Origin: Octopus vulgaris
Taxonomy: Eukaryota
Reading direction: 5' to 3'
Length of the DNA stretch: 64,000 bases
Assembly: GCA_951406725.2 (NCBI GenBank)
Contig: OX597830.1
Location: forward strand, 76,818,001-76,882,000
In this document: in pieces, positions 11,841 through 26,187 of the stretch
How the letters are laid out: each line of letters opens with the position of its first letter
Position numbering within the stretch: the first letter of the stretch is position 1
Position numbers and translations under genes: made by a program
Notes under the pieces: generated by a model
The model's input: the letters and a program-made list of their open reading frames with translations, nothing else
Databases searched by the model: none
What the model was told of the DNA's origin: nothing

Positions 11841-11970
11841 TACGACAGGCTTCTTTCAGTTTCCGCCTGCCAAATCCACTCACAAGGCTTTGGTCGGCCC
11901 GAGGCCATAGTGGAAGACACTAGCCCAAGGTGCCATGCAGTGGAACTGAACCCGGAACTATGTGGTTCTG
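11060..11970 (-). mobile_element. SINE family A, interrupted by an insertion in its internal microsatellite
   Basis: 3' half at 11060-11290 and 5' half at 11840-11970 flank ~410 bp of foreign sequence bounded by (TA)n. Confidence 0.8.
11516..11798. repeat. 32-bp perfect inverted repeat (MITE or Penelope-type inversion) in TA context
   Basis: AGAAGAAGGGACAGGCAAAACAGGTTGCTTGA (11516-11547) is the reverse complement of 11767-11798. Confidence 0.85.
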
Positions 11971-12204
11971 ACATAAGACTCCATACCAAGTACCTTTTCT
12001 TGGTTAACGATGTTTACACAAGCAGAAATTGTATGTGATGACGTCTTCCCGAATTTTCGAGTCATTTCGATATATTCTGACGGTTTTAACCGCTGGTTCA
12101 ACACTTTTTCCCCGCTATTGAAATTCAGGTCGAGGTCCAAATATATAATACTTTAATATAATGGTCACAACTTTCGAACTGAAACTAATAGATGAGTAAA
12201 AGAA

Positions 12205-12320
12205 TAATATAATATAATATAATATGATATAATATATAATATAATATAACATAATATAATATAATATAATATAATATAATATAATATAATATAATATAAT
12301 ATAATATAATATAATATATA
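12205..12320. repeat. (ATATA)n pentanucleotide repeat
   Basis: Direct tandem repeat. Confidence 0.95.
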
Positions 12321-12811
12321 TGTATGTATGTAAAGTGTAAGGGATAATCTCAAAGCGATTACCGGTTTGCTCTCAGGTATTCAAAATATGCTAGTCAACA
12401 GTTAATATATAAATCCAATCTTATAATTCTTATAAGAAATTATAGAAATATTCCGTTGGATAATTCTGAATATATTTCCTTAACATTATATATATGCTTT
12501 TTTATATAGCTATATGTAAAGATTCGAACAGCAAATTGATGAATCACTCCATAGTTTTCGGTAGAGTAGCGTATTTATTTATTATTTAAAAGGAAACAGT
12601 GACTTCGAAGTATCAACTTAACTTATCATCAAACTAATACTGCATTCATACATACACATATAAATACACACGCATACATACATACATTCATACAGACATA
12701 CACACATGAATTTCATATATATATTTGTGTGTGTGCGCGTGTGTGAGTGTGTGTGTGTGAGGTGGCTCTGTAGCCAGATAGATAGATAGATAGATAGATA
12801 GACAGACAAAC

Positions 12812-12900
<89 letters not shown>

Positions 12901-13250
12901 CATACATACATACATAGATAGAATGGCTGTCAAGATGGCTGCCGTGGTGTTGGTTATGGTGTTGATTATGGTGGTGGTGGTGGTGGTGGTGTTTGAGAAA
13001 GAATAAATGGATGGACCGCATGAGTAAGACACTTCGTTAAATATTCCTCCTAAGTTGGTTCTAATTTTCTCTTGGAGACACGGGATTGGCTGGCCATCGG
13101 AAGGTTTGACAATTCTCAATTATCTTCAGCATGTTAGTCACGGTGTGCGTGGTAACACGTGCTCGCAGACAGGTCCACACACACGCACGCATGCACGCAC
13201 GCATTCGAGTACGCCCGCACGCACACACACAAACATACACACACACACAA

Positions 13251-13288
<38 letters not shown>

Positions 13289-13407
13289 ACACACACACGT
13301 AAAGTGTGAAATAAGAATAAACATTCACACAGTGACGTATACATTCGAATAAATGTATATATATATATGTAATATATATATATATATATGTATATATATG
13401 TATATAT

Positions 13408-13473
<66 letters not shown>

Positions 13474-13657
13474 GTATGTAGGTGTGTGTGTGTATTCAAA
13501 CACGTGCGAGGGACATGGAGCGTATATGCGTATACGTATACGACAAACTGTCTATATAACATAAACACGCAATGATATACCCAATGGATTCTCTCTGCGC
13601 AGTCTTGCTGTGCATGCGCGATCATGGGCGAAGAGCGTATATGCATGTGTGTGTGTC

Positions 13658-13698
<41 letters not shown>

Positions 13699-13754
13699 TT
13701 GTGTGTGTGTGTGAATGTATGTATGAATAGAGACATGAGTGTAACGGCATATTA

Positions 13755-13943
13755 TTTTATTCTTTTATTTGTTTCAGTCATGTGACTGCGGCCATGGTGG
13801 AGCATCGCCTTGAAGAGTGTTTTAGCCGAAGTACTTGTTCTATTGGTCTCTTAGACCGAACCGCTATGTTACGGGGACGTAAACAAACCAACATCAGTTA
13901 TCAACCGATGGTGGGAGACAAACACAGACACAAAGACACACAT

Positions 13944-14003
<60 letters not shown>

Positions 14004-14340
14004 TTACATATATACACATATACATACACATATATATATATATATATATATATACAGGGAAAGTTTACGAAAATAAACAAAAGACGAAGGCAGGTGGAGT
14101 ACAAACAAACAAATGTATTAGTATAGCGCTCAGGAATAGAAAAAGTCTTTTACGTTTCGAGCCGACGTTCTTCGACAGGAAGATACACAGAAAAAAACAA
14201 GCTGCCAAATCCACTCACAAGGATTTGGTCGGCCCGAGGCCGTAGAACACCTTTGCCCAAGGTGCCACGCGGTAGGACTGAACCCGGAACCATGTGGTTA
14301 AGATGCAAGCTCCTTACCACACTGTCACGCTTGTGCCTAT
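13755..14340 (-). mobile_element. SINE family A interrupted by a P2 element
   Basis: Halves at 13755-13945 and 14200-14340. Confidence 0.8.
14055..14200 (-). mobile_element. P2 element copy 2 (hammerhead-like motif at 14146-14183)
   Basis: Minus strand TCTTC-CTGTCGA-A-GAAC gtcg GCTC-GAA-ACGT-A-AAAGA. Confidence 0.7.
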
Positions 14341-14490
14341 ATGTATATTGTTTACATGATTATAATGTATGTATGCTTGAGATTATATGTCCGACTACAT
14401 GTGTGTAAATTTATCTATGGAGGATGATGTGTGTGTGTATGTGCATGTGTGTATGAATCAGTAAGTTCATGCACACAAACGTACGCACGT

Positions 14491-14756
14491 GGGTACTACC
14501 TAAGAAGAGTGGTCCCGTTGCGCGCACTCGCGTACTCGCGCATCCGCGCTAGCTAGTCGTGACTAGTCGATCCTTACTTTGTGTTTTTGTTTTATTTCGT
14601 TTTAAAAAAATTATTTATTTTGTGTAAAATGATTTATTTCGTGTTTTATTTAATTTGTTAGGTAGTCCTTGTAGGATCGACTAGTCAATACTAGCTAGCT
14701 CGGATGCGCGAGTACGCGAGTGCGCGCACCGGGACCACTCTTCTTAAGTAGTACCC
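14491..14756. mobile_element. MITE, 266 bp, 84-bp CpG-rich TIRs, 6-bp TSD GCACGT
   Basis: TIRs 14491-14574 and 14673-14756 start GGGTACTAC and have few mismatches; GCACGT duplicated at 14485-14490 and 14757-14762; T-rich spacer. Confidence 0.9.
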
Positions 14757-14905
14757 GCACGTGCATAGTTACACATGGACGTTTCCATGTATTTTATTTT
14801 ACATATTTATTTTTTTGCGTGTACTCTTTGCTCCAGGTACACGTATTTTGTGATCTTTCCGTGGTTTATTTTGTGATTCTTCTCAGCAAAATTTTAATAT
14901 ATACA

Positions 14906-14961
<56 letters not shown>

Positions 14962-15112
14962 CGTTCGGACGTGTGTATGGATGTATGTATGCTTATGTAT
15001 GTGAGAGAGAGAAAAAAAGAGAAAGGTAGAGAGGTAGAAAGAGTATGAGTGACAAGGCTCCATAGATAGATATACCTTTGTCAATATCAGACAATGCACT
15101 ATGCAAAATATA

Positions 15113-15292
15113 GGAGGCGCAATGGCCCAGTTGTTAGGGCAGCGGACTCGCGGTCGTAGGATCGCGGTTTCGATTCCCAGACCGGGCGTTGTGAGTGTTT
15201 ATTGAGCGAAAACACCTAAAGCTCCACGAGGCTCCGGCAGGGGATGGTGGTGATCCCTGCTGTACTCTTTCACCACAACTTTCTCTCACTCT
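15113..15292 (+). mobile_element. SINE family C
   Basis: GGAGGCGCAATGGCCCAGTTGTTAGGGCAGCGGACTCGCGG...GGTTTCGATTCCC head. Confidence 0.9.
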
Positions 15293-15391
15293 TACACACA
15301 TGCACACACACACATTCACTCACACTCCCTCTCAGTCTATCACTTTCTCACTCTCATCTCTCCTCTTCTCTCTTCCTCTCTCACTCTCTTC

Positions 15392-15445
<54 letters not shown>

Positions 15446-15727
15446 TTATATATACTTATATACGTGTGTGTGTGTATGTGTGTGCATGTGTTTGTGTATT
15501 AATTAAATTGCAAGGAAGTAGAAAGTCGTGTACGAAGTTCATTAGCTAACAGCTGTTTCTGCTATCTGATGTAATGCACTGAAATTTGTTCCGATATCTC
15601 TTATTTAATTTCTTATCACGCTCTACACACAGCTAACGCCATATTGTGAGGCATATATATATTGAGTTCTGACACCAGATTATTAATATCGCTCTGCCTA
15701 TGCGAAAAAAAAAATATTGTATATACT

Positions 15728-15768
<41 letters not shown>

Positions 15769-15798
15769 GTATATATGTATATATAAGTTTATATAAAT

Positions 15799-15833
<35 letters not shown>

Positions 15834-15893
15834 GATACACACATATATACGTGTGTGTGTGTCTGTGTACATATACTACATACATGTGTGTAT

Positions 15894-15946
<53 letters not shown>

Positions 15947-16147
15947 ACATGCATATATATACATATAGATGTATGCATATATATACATATACAAGCGCGT
16001 GCGCTCACACACACATTCACACACACTCACACACACACACTCACACTCACATACACACACAAAGGTAGTGACAACTGCGGGTTGCTGCCAGCTTCATCGC
16101 CTTTTTAATTAGTGTGTAGTTAATTTTAAACGTGTCACATCCTTGAG

Positions 16148-16280
16148 AATACATACATACATACATACATACATACATACATACATACATACATACATAC
16201 ATACATACATACATACATACATACATACATACTTACTTACTTACATACATACATACATACATACTTACATACTTACATGC
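16148..16280. repeat. (TACA)n microsatellite
   Basis: Direct tandem repeat. Confidence 0.95.
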
Positions 16281-16721
16281 AAACAAACAATCATATATAC
16301 ATAGACATACACACACACATGGATACAAACATTATATTTTCAAATCATATATATTTTATTCATTTATATATATATATATATGGATTAATGCATATGTACC
16401 TATGTTTGTTTGACTGAGAATACTTTATTCATCTATAGAAGGTGTCCAATAATTAACTATCTATGAATTACCTATCTATAATTAATTCGTAGAAAGTTAA
16501 TTGCAGGGCACCCTGTATATATGTGTATACATGTGGGTTAGTGGTGTTGTTTATATATATGAATAAATGTAGATTTATAGCTATAAACACACACGCACGC
16601 GCGCATACACGCTCACACACACATATAAACAAACATACAAACCACACAGAAACACACACACATGTATTTGTGTATAATATAGTATATATATGTATATAGC
16701 AGAAAAACTCTACGTACGCCG

Positions 16722-16762
<41 letters not shown>

Positions 16763-16830
16763 CACATACTTATTTGTATGTAAATATATATATATATGTA
16801 TACATACATACATGTATGTTTGTATGTAAG

Positions 16831-16868
<38 letters not shown>

Positions 16869-16927
16869 TATTCAATTATATATACATACATACACACACA
16901 TATATGTGTGTGTGCGCATATGTATAT

Positions 16928-16958
<31 letters not shown>

Positions 16959-17229
16959 AAACACGTTTTTATTCTATTAATTACAAGTGGTATTTATCAG
17001 GTATTTCCCGCATCTCGTAGAATGTCTTCGGCGTACCCTCTTACATCTTGTGTATACGTGTTATTCAGTTCAGATTGCGTACCTGCGTTGCACATGTTGG
17101 GTTGTACCGAAAATTATTCCAACTATGACTGCAAAGACTCTGGTTCCATCATTATTTATCAATGTCTAACTATATTAACGCATTTGTGCATTATCGCGTC
17201 TAAAATAGAAATTTTATACAATTTTGTTA

Positions 17230-17263
<34 letters not shown>

Positions 17264-17264
17264 G

Positions 17265-17337
<73 letters not shown>

Positions 17338-17361
17338 ACTATCTAACTATCAATCTATTTT

Positions 17362-17456
<95 letters not shown>

Positions 17457-17624
17457 GCACAAATACACACACACACTCACACACACACACATATACGCAT
17501 ACAAATATGGTGTATTTACATATACATATTTACATAAAAATATATACCTACATAAATTTGAGTGTCTGAGAGTGTGAATGTTACTGTGTGCATATGTGCG
17601 TGTGTGTGTATATATATATATATG

Positions 17625-17699
<75 letters not shown>

Positions 17700-17798
17700 A
17701 TGTATATGAATGTATACATATACACATATATATACATAAACATATATATATATATTCAGGCACACCCATACAATCTTGAGGTTGATACATATAAAAGA

Positions 17799-17832
<34 letters not shown>

Positions 17833-17959
17833 GCACACACACACATATATATATATATATGAATGTACGTATTTAACTATATGCACACTTTCATATTTTA
17901 AGCATAAAGAAGCACATATTAAAGATATATTATTTATCATTTCACTTTTAACTTTTACC

Positions 17960-18490
<531 letters not shown>

Positions 18491-18504
18491 TATTTAAACA
18501 TATG

Positions 18505-18560
<56 letters not shown>

Positions 18561-18621
18561 AATATATAAATATATATATACATATGTACATATGTATATT
18601 ATATATATATATATACATATA

Positions 18622-18655
<34 letters not shown>

Positions 18656-19169
18656 GGTGTACATATATATATACACACACCTACATAAATTCATACATAT
18701 GCATTTGCGTGCGAAGCAATGTGGGTTTATCTAAAAGCAATATTGCATTGATATATTATTCTATAAACTTGTAAACATCGACGAGATGGTCAGGGTGGGA
18801 ATGAATTTTCTAAACACGAATACACAATACAGGGTAGATTTAAAGGAAAACCATCACTTTCACCAACACCACCATCACTAACTGTAACCAGTAGCGACAA
18901 GAAACACACACACACGCGCCCTTGGAAACATGCTGCCTGTCTCAATACATTCTACACGCGGCGGTCACACAGACACAGAGCGTTGTGACGAATATTAACA
19001 AGGAGAAGCACACACGCACAGGATTGATCAGTAACACTCACACACATATATATATATATATGTATATATAATAGCAATTATTAACGTGCATCGTACACGC
19101 ACATACGTTCCTTGTTTGTTTTGCAAAATAGTGGTTTTGTCTCTAATATATATATATATATATATATGT

Positions 19170-19333
19170 AAAATTCAAAATGGGACAAGAACGCAAAACA
19201 TCCGGACAACTAGGTGATACAAAAAGGAACAAAACATCCAGATAGACAATACAAAAAAAAAACAAGGACGGGTCATTCGAAGCTTTTTATCCTCAGTCAA
19301 GAACATGATCATCCTCGCAATTTCGGATGATTA

Positions 19334-19335
<2 letters not shown>
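19170..19335 (-). mobile_element. Microsatellite-inserted non-autonomous element P4
   Basis: Homologous to 26930-27078 (+) and 42070-42190 (+): GACTGAGGA...GCTTCGAATGACCCGTCC...GTTCTTGTCCCATTTT. Confidence 0.65.
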
Positions 19336-19393
<58 letters not shown>

Positions 19394-19550
19394 TCATTTT
19401 TTTCATTTTTTTTTTCATTTTTATCTACTTTCAGCTGACGAGCTGTGGCCATGCTGGGGCACTGCCATACATTTACCAGTGCAAACACACATATACGCAT
19501 ACACAATACCAGTAATCGTAAACATATCTACATATACTTGTATGTGTGTG

Positions 19551-19597
<47 letters not shown>

Positions 19598-19629
19598 GCA
19601 TACGTACATATGCACACATACATATACTT

Positions 19630-19660
<31 letters not shown>

Positions 19661-20098
19661 CACACACACTCTCACACGCACTCACTCATATAAACACTCA
19701 CACACACACACACTCACACACATATATATATATAACTATATAAATATATATATTATATTTTATTATATTATATCGTATTATACTGTATCTTAAATAAACA
19801 TTTATCCACACTTACATACACGCGTAAGCTCACGAACGCACATAGAATCACATTTGTGAAGATTTCTTTTAAGATACAAACGAAACCATAAAAGCATTGC
19901 TTCATTATTGCTCCAGTTTTCAACTGTTGTTTATTTTATCAATCCTCCCAAAAAAGATGAGAGGTAAAGTCGACCTTAGCGGAATTTGATCTCAGAACAT
20001 GGAGACAGACGAAATGTCGCTAAGGAAATTGACGTAAATGTTGGTATATATGCGTAAATGTATACATGTATTATGTATATATATATACATATAATCCA

Positions 20099-20140
<42 letters not shown>

Positions 20141-20230
20141 GTTAATCCAAACATGAAAATTATAATAAAGAGAAAACACGATGCGAGGATGAGGATGAGG
20201 AAGAAGTATAGAGTTTTGGGACGCTCAGGA
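20141..20230 (-). mobile_element. P3 element, truncated (no ribozyme part)
   Basis: GTTAATCCAAACATGAAAA...GGACGCTCAGGAAA is shared with 50453 and 63787. Confidence 0.55.
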
Positions 20231-20282
20231 AATATATATATATATAAGCCTATCTATCCATCTTTCTATATATCTTTCTGTC

Positions 20283-20319
<37 letters not shown>

Positions 20320-20434
20320 ATATATATATATATATATGAATAGATATATATATATATGAATATATATATCTATATATATTCTTTTATAGTTATACACTTC
20401 AGCCCAAAGGTTGTGGCCATACACACGTGCGCAT

Positions 20435-20472
<38 letters not shown>

Positions 20473-21247
20473 ACAAACACATATAAGGTACATACATACA
20501 TAATCATATATGTACATGCCTAAATATATATATACATAAATATATGCTTATATGTGTTTACATATGCACGGAGACCCCTTAAACGTTTGGTGGAACAAAT
20601 CTACTGCAATGCTTGCTTCTAGTCTTGTGTTTCTTGAAATATCGACCTATTTTGTCGAGCACCTTATTTAGGGACTTAAAGAACATTGGTCGTGTAGCGG
20701 TGAGTGTGGAGAAACCCATAGACGCACACACATATACTCATATATGTGTGTGCGTATGAATACATACAGGACGGGTTTCTTTCAATTTCCGTCCACAAGG
20801 TTCCATCAGAAAGCATTAAATCGGCGCGAGACATAGCATAAAACACTTGCCTAAATTACTTTGCAGTGGGATTGAACCAACATGGTTCAAAAGCTAGCTC
20901 CTTAATCATACAACCTTACCTGTACTAATTTATTAATATTTTGTCTTTTGAACTTTGTCTTTACTAAGTCATTGAAAAAATAATTTATAAATGATAAACA
21001 CAATAATGTTATTAATTTGATTGTTAATCAGAATCGTTTAAAATTTTGCAGGGATTTAGGACTAGTTTATTGATCGTTAATGATATAGAATACCGAGGTC
21101 AGCTTTGCTTTTTATCCTCGCAAGGTCGATAAAATATGCTACAAGCTACGAGCTAGAGTTAAAGCGATCGACGTACGTTAGCCCCTGAAAACTGCTACCA
21201 TTCTGTACGTAAACCAGAAATCGATGTTAATATACAGTCGGTAGATT

Positions 21248-21608
21248 ACCTATTTCTTTACTACACACAAGGAGCTAAACAGAGAGAGGACAAACAAGGA
21301 CAGACAAACGGATTAAGTCGATTACGTCGACTCCAGTGCGTAACTGGTACTTAATTTATCGACCCCGAAAGGATGAAAGGCAAAGTCGACCTCGGCGGAA
21401 TTTGAACTCAGAACGTAACGGCAGACGAAATACCTATTTCTTTACTACCCACAAGGTGCTAAACACAGAGAGGACAAACAAGGACAGACAAACGGATTAA
21501 GTCGATTACATCGACCCCAGTGCGTAACTGGTACTTATTTAATCGACCCCGAAAGGATGTAAGGAAAAGTCGACCTCGGCGGAATTTGAACTCAGAACGT
21601 AACGGCAA
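21248..21608 (-). mobile_element. SINE family B head-less tandem dimer (~185-bp unit)
   Basis: Two near-identical units starting TACCTATTTCTTTACTAC at 21248 and 21431; contain a Meta-domain-like CTTTGCCTTTCATCCTTTCGGGGTCGATAAATTAAGTACCAG on the minus strand. Confidence 0.9.
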
Positions 21609-22143
21609 GATTCTTTATGTGAATTCGTGGGTTGAAGCAAATTTTGTTGTGTCTGGGGAGAGTCATACTGCCTTAATGCCTTAATATGTAACACACTCAG
21701 TGGTTCAGTTTCTAATCACTTATTATTTTTCCTTTGAACCCTTGTCAGTGAGACATAAGCATTCAGCTAGGCGTGCAATGTGTCTTATAGCAGAAAAAGC
21801 TGTCAGCTGATGGCGTTCATGAGATAAATTCTTTCCCGTTGCATTTTGTAATATACTAGCTTAAAAGTCACACTCCGTGTAGACCGTTTAAGCTGGCTAC
21901 TGTGGCGGGTTAACTGGGCTTGCGGCCCAGAACTAAGGAGAACTAAATAGCAAGACTGTAATACGTCTATAAGGATTATGTCTCAGTGGTGTTTGATCAG
22001 AGGTTAAGGATGGACAAGAGTTAATTCTGTAATGCAGTCATTCTATTGTTCCAGTCCCAAGTTGAATTCCAAGTGTTGGTCAATTTGTCCCAAATTTCTT
22101 ATCTCGTTATCTAAAATTAACGAAGTGAATGTCATTTATCTCC

Positions 22144-22223
22144 CCTTTGATCTCTGACGTCAACTGACAAACGCCACCAAGATGGCGTGAATCAGCCAAG
22201 CTTTACTTGTTAGCAATAGTAAC
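22144..22223. promoter_or_regulatory. Candidate enhancer or promoter motif cluster
   Basis: CCTTTGATC (TCF/LEF), TGACGTCA (CRE), CAAGATGGCG (YY1), TGAATCA (AP-1-like) and GTTAGCAATAGTAAC (RFX-like) within 80 bp of non-repetitive DNA. Confidence 0.35.
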
Positions 22224-22590
22224 GCAAATGCTTTTTAAATTAGATCCCAATTCTGGATGCTCAAGAACCAAATGAAGGGCAGATTTTCAATCCCGCGATC
22301 ATCCTGATTCCAAAAGTATATAATATGTCTATGTAGAGCAAGTGTAGGAAGAGATACAGGGGTCCCAGATGTACAGACAGAATTTCGCATTTATTTTTAT
22401 AAATATATATCTGATGTGCGTGTGTGCGTGGGTGTGTGTGTGTGAGTGTGTGCGCGTGTGTGTGTGTATATATGTGTGTGTGTGTGTGTGTCTGTGGTGG
22501 GGATTATAACGATTTCGCTCAGGCACAGCGTACGGTACTTACCCTTAAAAACACGTATTTATGTAAACTGTACATATATGTGTATTTATG

Positions 22591-22735
<145 letters not shown>

Positions 22736-23117
22736 TAATCATATAGCTGGGATATTCTTAAAAAGGCCCACAACGCTGTTACGGTGAGAACGTGTGATTG
22801 GACGTGGAAATTCACATTCAATCAAACACATTCTCACACATACTCATATACACTCATACATACTCATACATGCACACACACACATACGTACATAATACAT
22901 ACATACATATATACGTGCATACATACATACAACAAAACGAATTCATTGCATACACACTCTACACATATACATTGCGCACACACACAAATAGGCAATTACA
23001 GATGCTAACATCGTTTCAGCAGCAGCTGGTTGATAGTTCAATGAATCTAAATAGGCTTTCAATCTCACCCTCTCTTTGTCTCTCACTCATTCAATCTCTC
23101 CCTCTCTTTGTCTCTCT

Positions 23118-23201
<84 letters not shown>

Positions 23202-23249
23202 TTCTTGTTTACTCGCTATTTCTTTTCTCTGTCCTTCATAATTTCTAAC

Positions 23250-24069
23250 ATTCTTTTACTCCTTTACTTGTTCCGGTCATTTGACTGCGCCCAGGCTGGG
23301 GCACCGCCTTGAAACGTCTTAGTCGAACACATGAACTTCAGGACTTGGTTTATCTAACCTGAGTACTTTTAAACCAGCTTTTACTTGTTTCAGTCATTTG
23401 ACTGCAGCCATGCTGGAGCACCGCCTTGTAATCGAACAAACTGACCCCGGGACTTATTCTTTGCAAGCCTAGTACTTATTCTACCGAACCGCTAATTTAG
23501 GGGGACGTAAACAGACCAACATTGGTTGTCGAGCGATGGTGGGGGTACAAATGCGGAGACAAATACACATATATATATATATATAACGGGCTTCTTTCAG
23601 TTTCCGTCTACCAAATCCACTCACAAGGCTTTGGCCGGCCCGAGGCTATAGTAGAAGACACTTGCTTTAGGTTCCACGCATAGGAACTGAACTGGGAACC
23701 ATGTAGTTGGCAAGCAAGCTTCTTAGCATACGGCCACGCCTGATCAAGATATTTGTTCATTCATTTATAAATTATTGAAGCTTTTATTGTTTCTTTTAAC
23801 TTTCATTTGCATCAATCATTGAACTTCGTCCATGTTAGGGAAATGCCTTGAAGTACTTGTTTTTAATAAACCTGTAATTTATTCAATCGAGACGCTAAGT
23901 TACGGGGACGTAAGCAAACCAGCACCGGTCGCCGAAAGGTAATGGTGGACAAACACAGCCACACACGCGGACACGAACACACACACACAGGCATGCTCAG
24001 ACTCACACGGTAACACGTTCGCGGGTACACACACTCATACACACAACACATACACACACACAAATACAT

Positions 24070-24102
<33 letters not shown>

Positions 24103-24255
24103 CACACAAAGGGCTTCTTTCAGCTTTCGTCTACTAAATCCACACCCAACCCTTTCGTCAGAACGGGGCCATAGCAGAAGACACTTGCGCAAAGTGCTGA
24201 GCAGTGACGCAGAACGCAAGGTCACATGGTCGCGAAGAAAGTTCCTTAACCACGA
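23250..24255 (-). mobile_element. Cluster of SINE family A copies (tail 23250-23365; full 23380-23742; older 23890-24255)
   Basis: Identity to the family consensus. Confidence 0.8.
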
Positions 24256-24491
24256 GACAGAGACAAAGACAGAGTCGCCTATAGATATTAGATTTTAGTC
24301 AAAACTTTAGATATATATCGGTGAATATACATTGTCTCAATTTACATTATCGTCTTTGATTGAAGAAACTAAACCGGCGGTTAGGATCTGTTGTGAAAGA
24401 CTTTATCTTTTGCCTTGGAATTTCATGAATGACTGGGGGCCCTATTCAACTGGCCACAAAGAAAATTTTAATTATCATCATCATCATTATC

Positions 24492-24542
<51 letters not shown>

Positions 24543-25100
24543 GAGTGAGAGAGCAGTGCATGCCATCAAAGCGACACTGGGGTAAAATATACGAAGCCCA
24601 GTATACCCATCATGACTACCCGTCTGATAAGTATACACGAGGCACATGCATCACAACCATATGTGCGCAACATGGTGATCTCATATCAAGATAAACAGCA
24701 CATGACCTTGCAGGTGGGGGCCCAGTTAGAATTTTCTTCTTGTCGAGTCACCCATCCCGCTCAAAAGGTCCTTGAATAAGGGTTGTTTAAGGATGTTGAA
24801 TGAAACACCCATGTTTCCAGAGGTTAAATATTAAAACCCCAAAGAATCCCTCTCAACACATGGCTATGATGCTCCCCCACTACTTCTGCTCGTGATCAGA
24901 GATGCACATATCCTCAGCCACTTAGGGACATGCTCAGCTGGTTAAATCCAAGCAACTGACAAGCAAATCTATGGTATTGAGTAGAATATTTGCTGTAGCG
25001 CATCTTTTATACCAAGACAAAACAATGTACATAATAATACTTCCAATCAGTTAAAATCAGAAGCCATGAGTGCCATTGTCTGGTACCGCATCAGGGCATT
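24543..25100. mobile_element. ~560-bp non-coding element inserted in a (TTA)n tract
   Basis: Complex sequence with sharp boundaries and (TTA)n on both sides (24495-24542 and 25099-25119); no ORF. Confidence 0.55.
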
Positions 25101-25161
25101 TATTATTATTATTATTATTGGTGTGCGTAAATCGGTTTGAACAATTTCGACATATGTTGCA

Positions 25162-25339
<178 letters not shown>

Positions 25340-25351
25340 GGATAGATAGAT

Positions 25352-25505
25352 AAGTTTCTTTATTGGCCACACAGGGCTGCACACAGATGGGACAAGTTAC
25401 AAGGTAGAGCTTTTCTTTTGGGGGATGAAGAAAACCAAAAAACAAAAGAAAAAAAAAGAAAAAAGGGGGTGGCGTAGGTTTTCGATCAAGAGGGATCGTA
25501 AAGGG
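25352..25505 (-). mobile_element. LINE 3' UTR-like fragment, copy 2
   Basis: Reverse complement matches 7890-8006; abuts (TAGA)n. Confidence 0.55.
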
Positions 25506-25534
25506 GAAGAAAAGAACAAAAAAACATAAAAGAT

Positions 25535-25720
25535 AGATATGGCTGTGTCTACGTTCCCGTAACATATCGGTTCGGCAAAAGAGACCGATAGAATATGTAC
25601 CAGGCTTAAAATATTTTTAAAAAAATAGATACAGAAGCGATACAATCGATTAAAAGCATTCTTCAAGACCGTGCCCCAGTATGGTCGCACTCTGACGACT
25701 GAAGCAAGTAAAAGATAAAA
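25535..25720 (+). mobile_element. SINE family A, 3' half
   Basis: CGGTTCGGCAAAAGAGACCGATAGAAT...CCCCAGTATGGTCGCA...GACTGAAGCAAGTAAAAG. Confidence 0.7.
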
Positions 25721-25985
25721 TATACATTTGCTTTGCCTTTTGAGCAAGTGGTACAGATTTCAGAGGTGAATATATTCATAATTCACCGACTCTGACGAGG
25801 TGATAAGATGTTACACTGATACTCGGCTATTCCACCTTGGTCAACGACTTTTATGACAGAAACAGCCGTAAGCAGCCAGTGGCATTGATTAATTGTATCC
25901 ATACGTATGTATGTATGTATGTATGAATGTATGTATGTATGTATGTATGTATGAATGTATGTATGTATATATGCATGTATGTATG

Positions 25986-26019
<34 letters not shown>

Positions 26020-26077
26020 TGTATAAATGTATTTATGTATGTATGTATGAATGTATGTATGAATGTATGTATGTACG

Positions 26078-26111
<34 letters not shown>

Positions 26112-26125
26112 GTTAGCTATATAGA

Positions 26126-26187
<62 letters not shown>

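Noticed and set aside
11958-12190. Possible minus-strand coding exon (LDLNFNSGEKVLNQRLKPSEY…, AAG|GTACTT donor)
   Set aside because: All three frames from the nearest TTTCAG acceptor hit stops, and I recognise no homology.
15113-15190. tRNA-like sequences at SINE heads
   Set aside because: They have A/B boxes but I see no complete cloverleaf, and they are always attached to SINE bodies.
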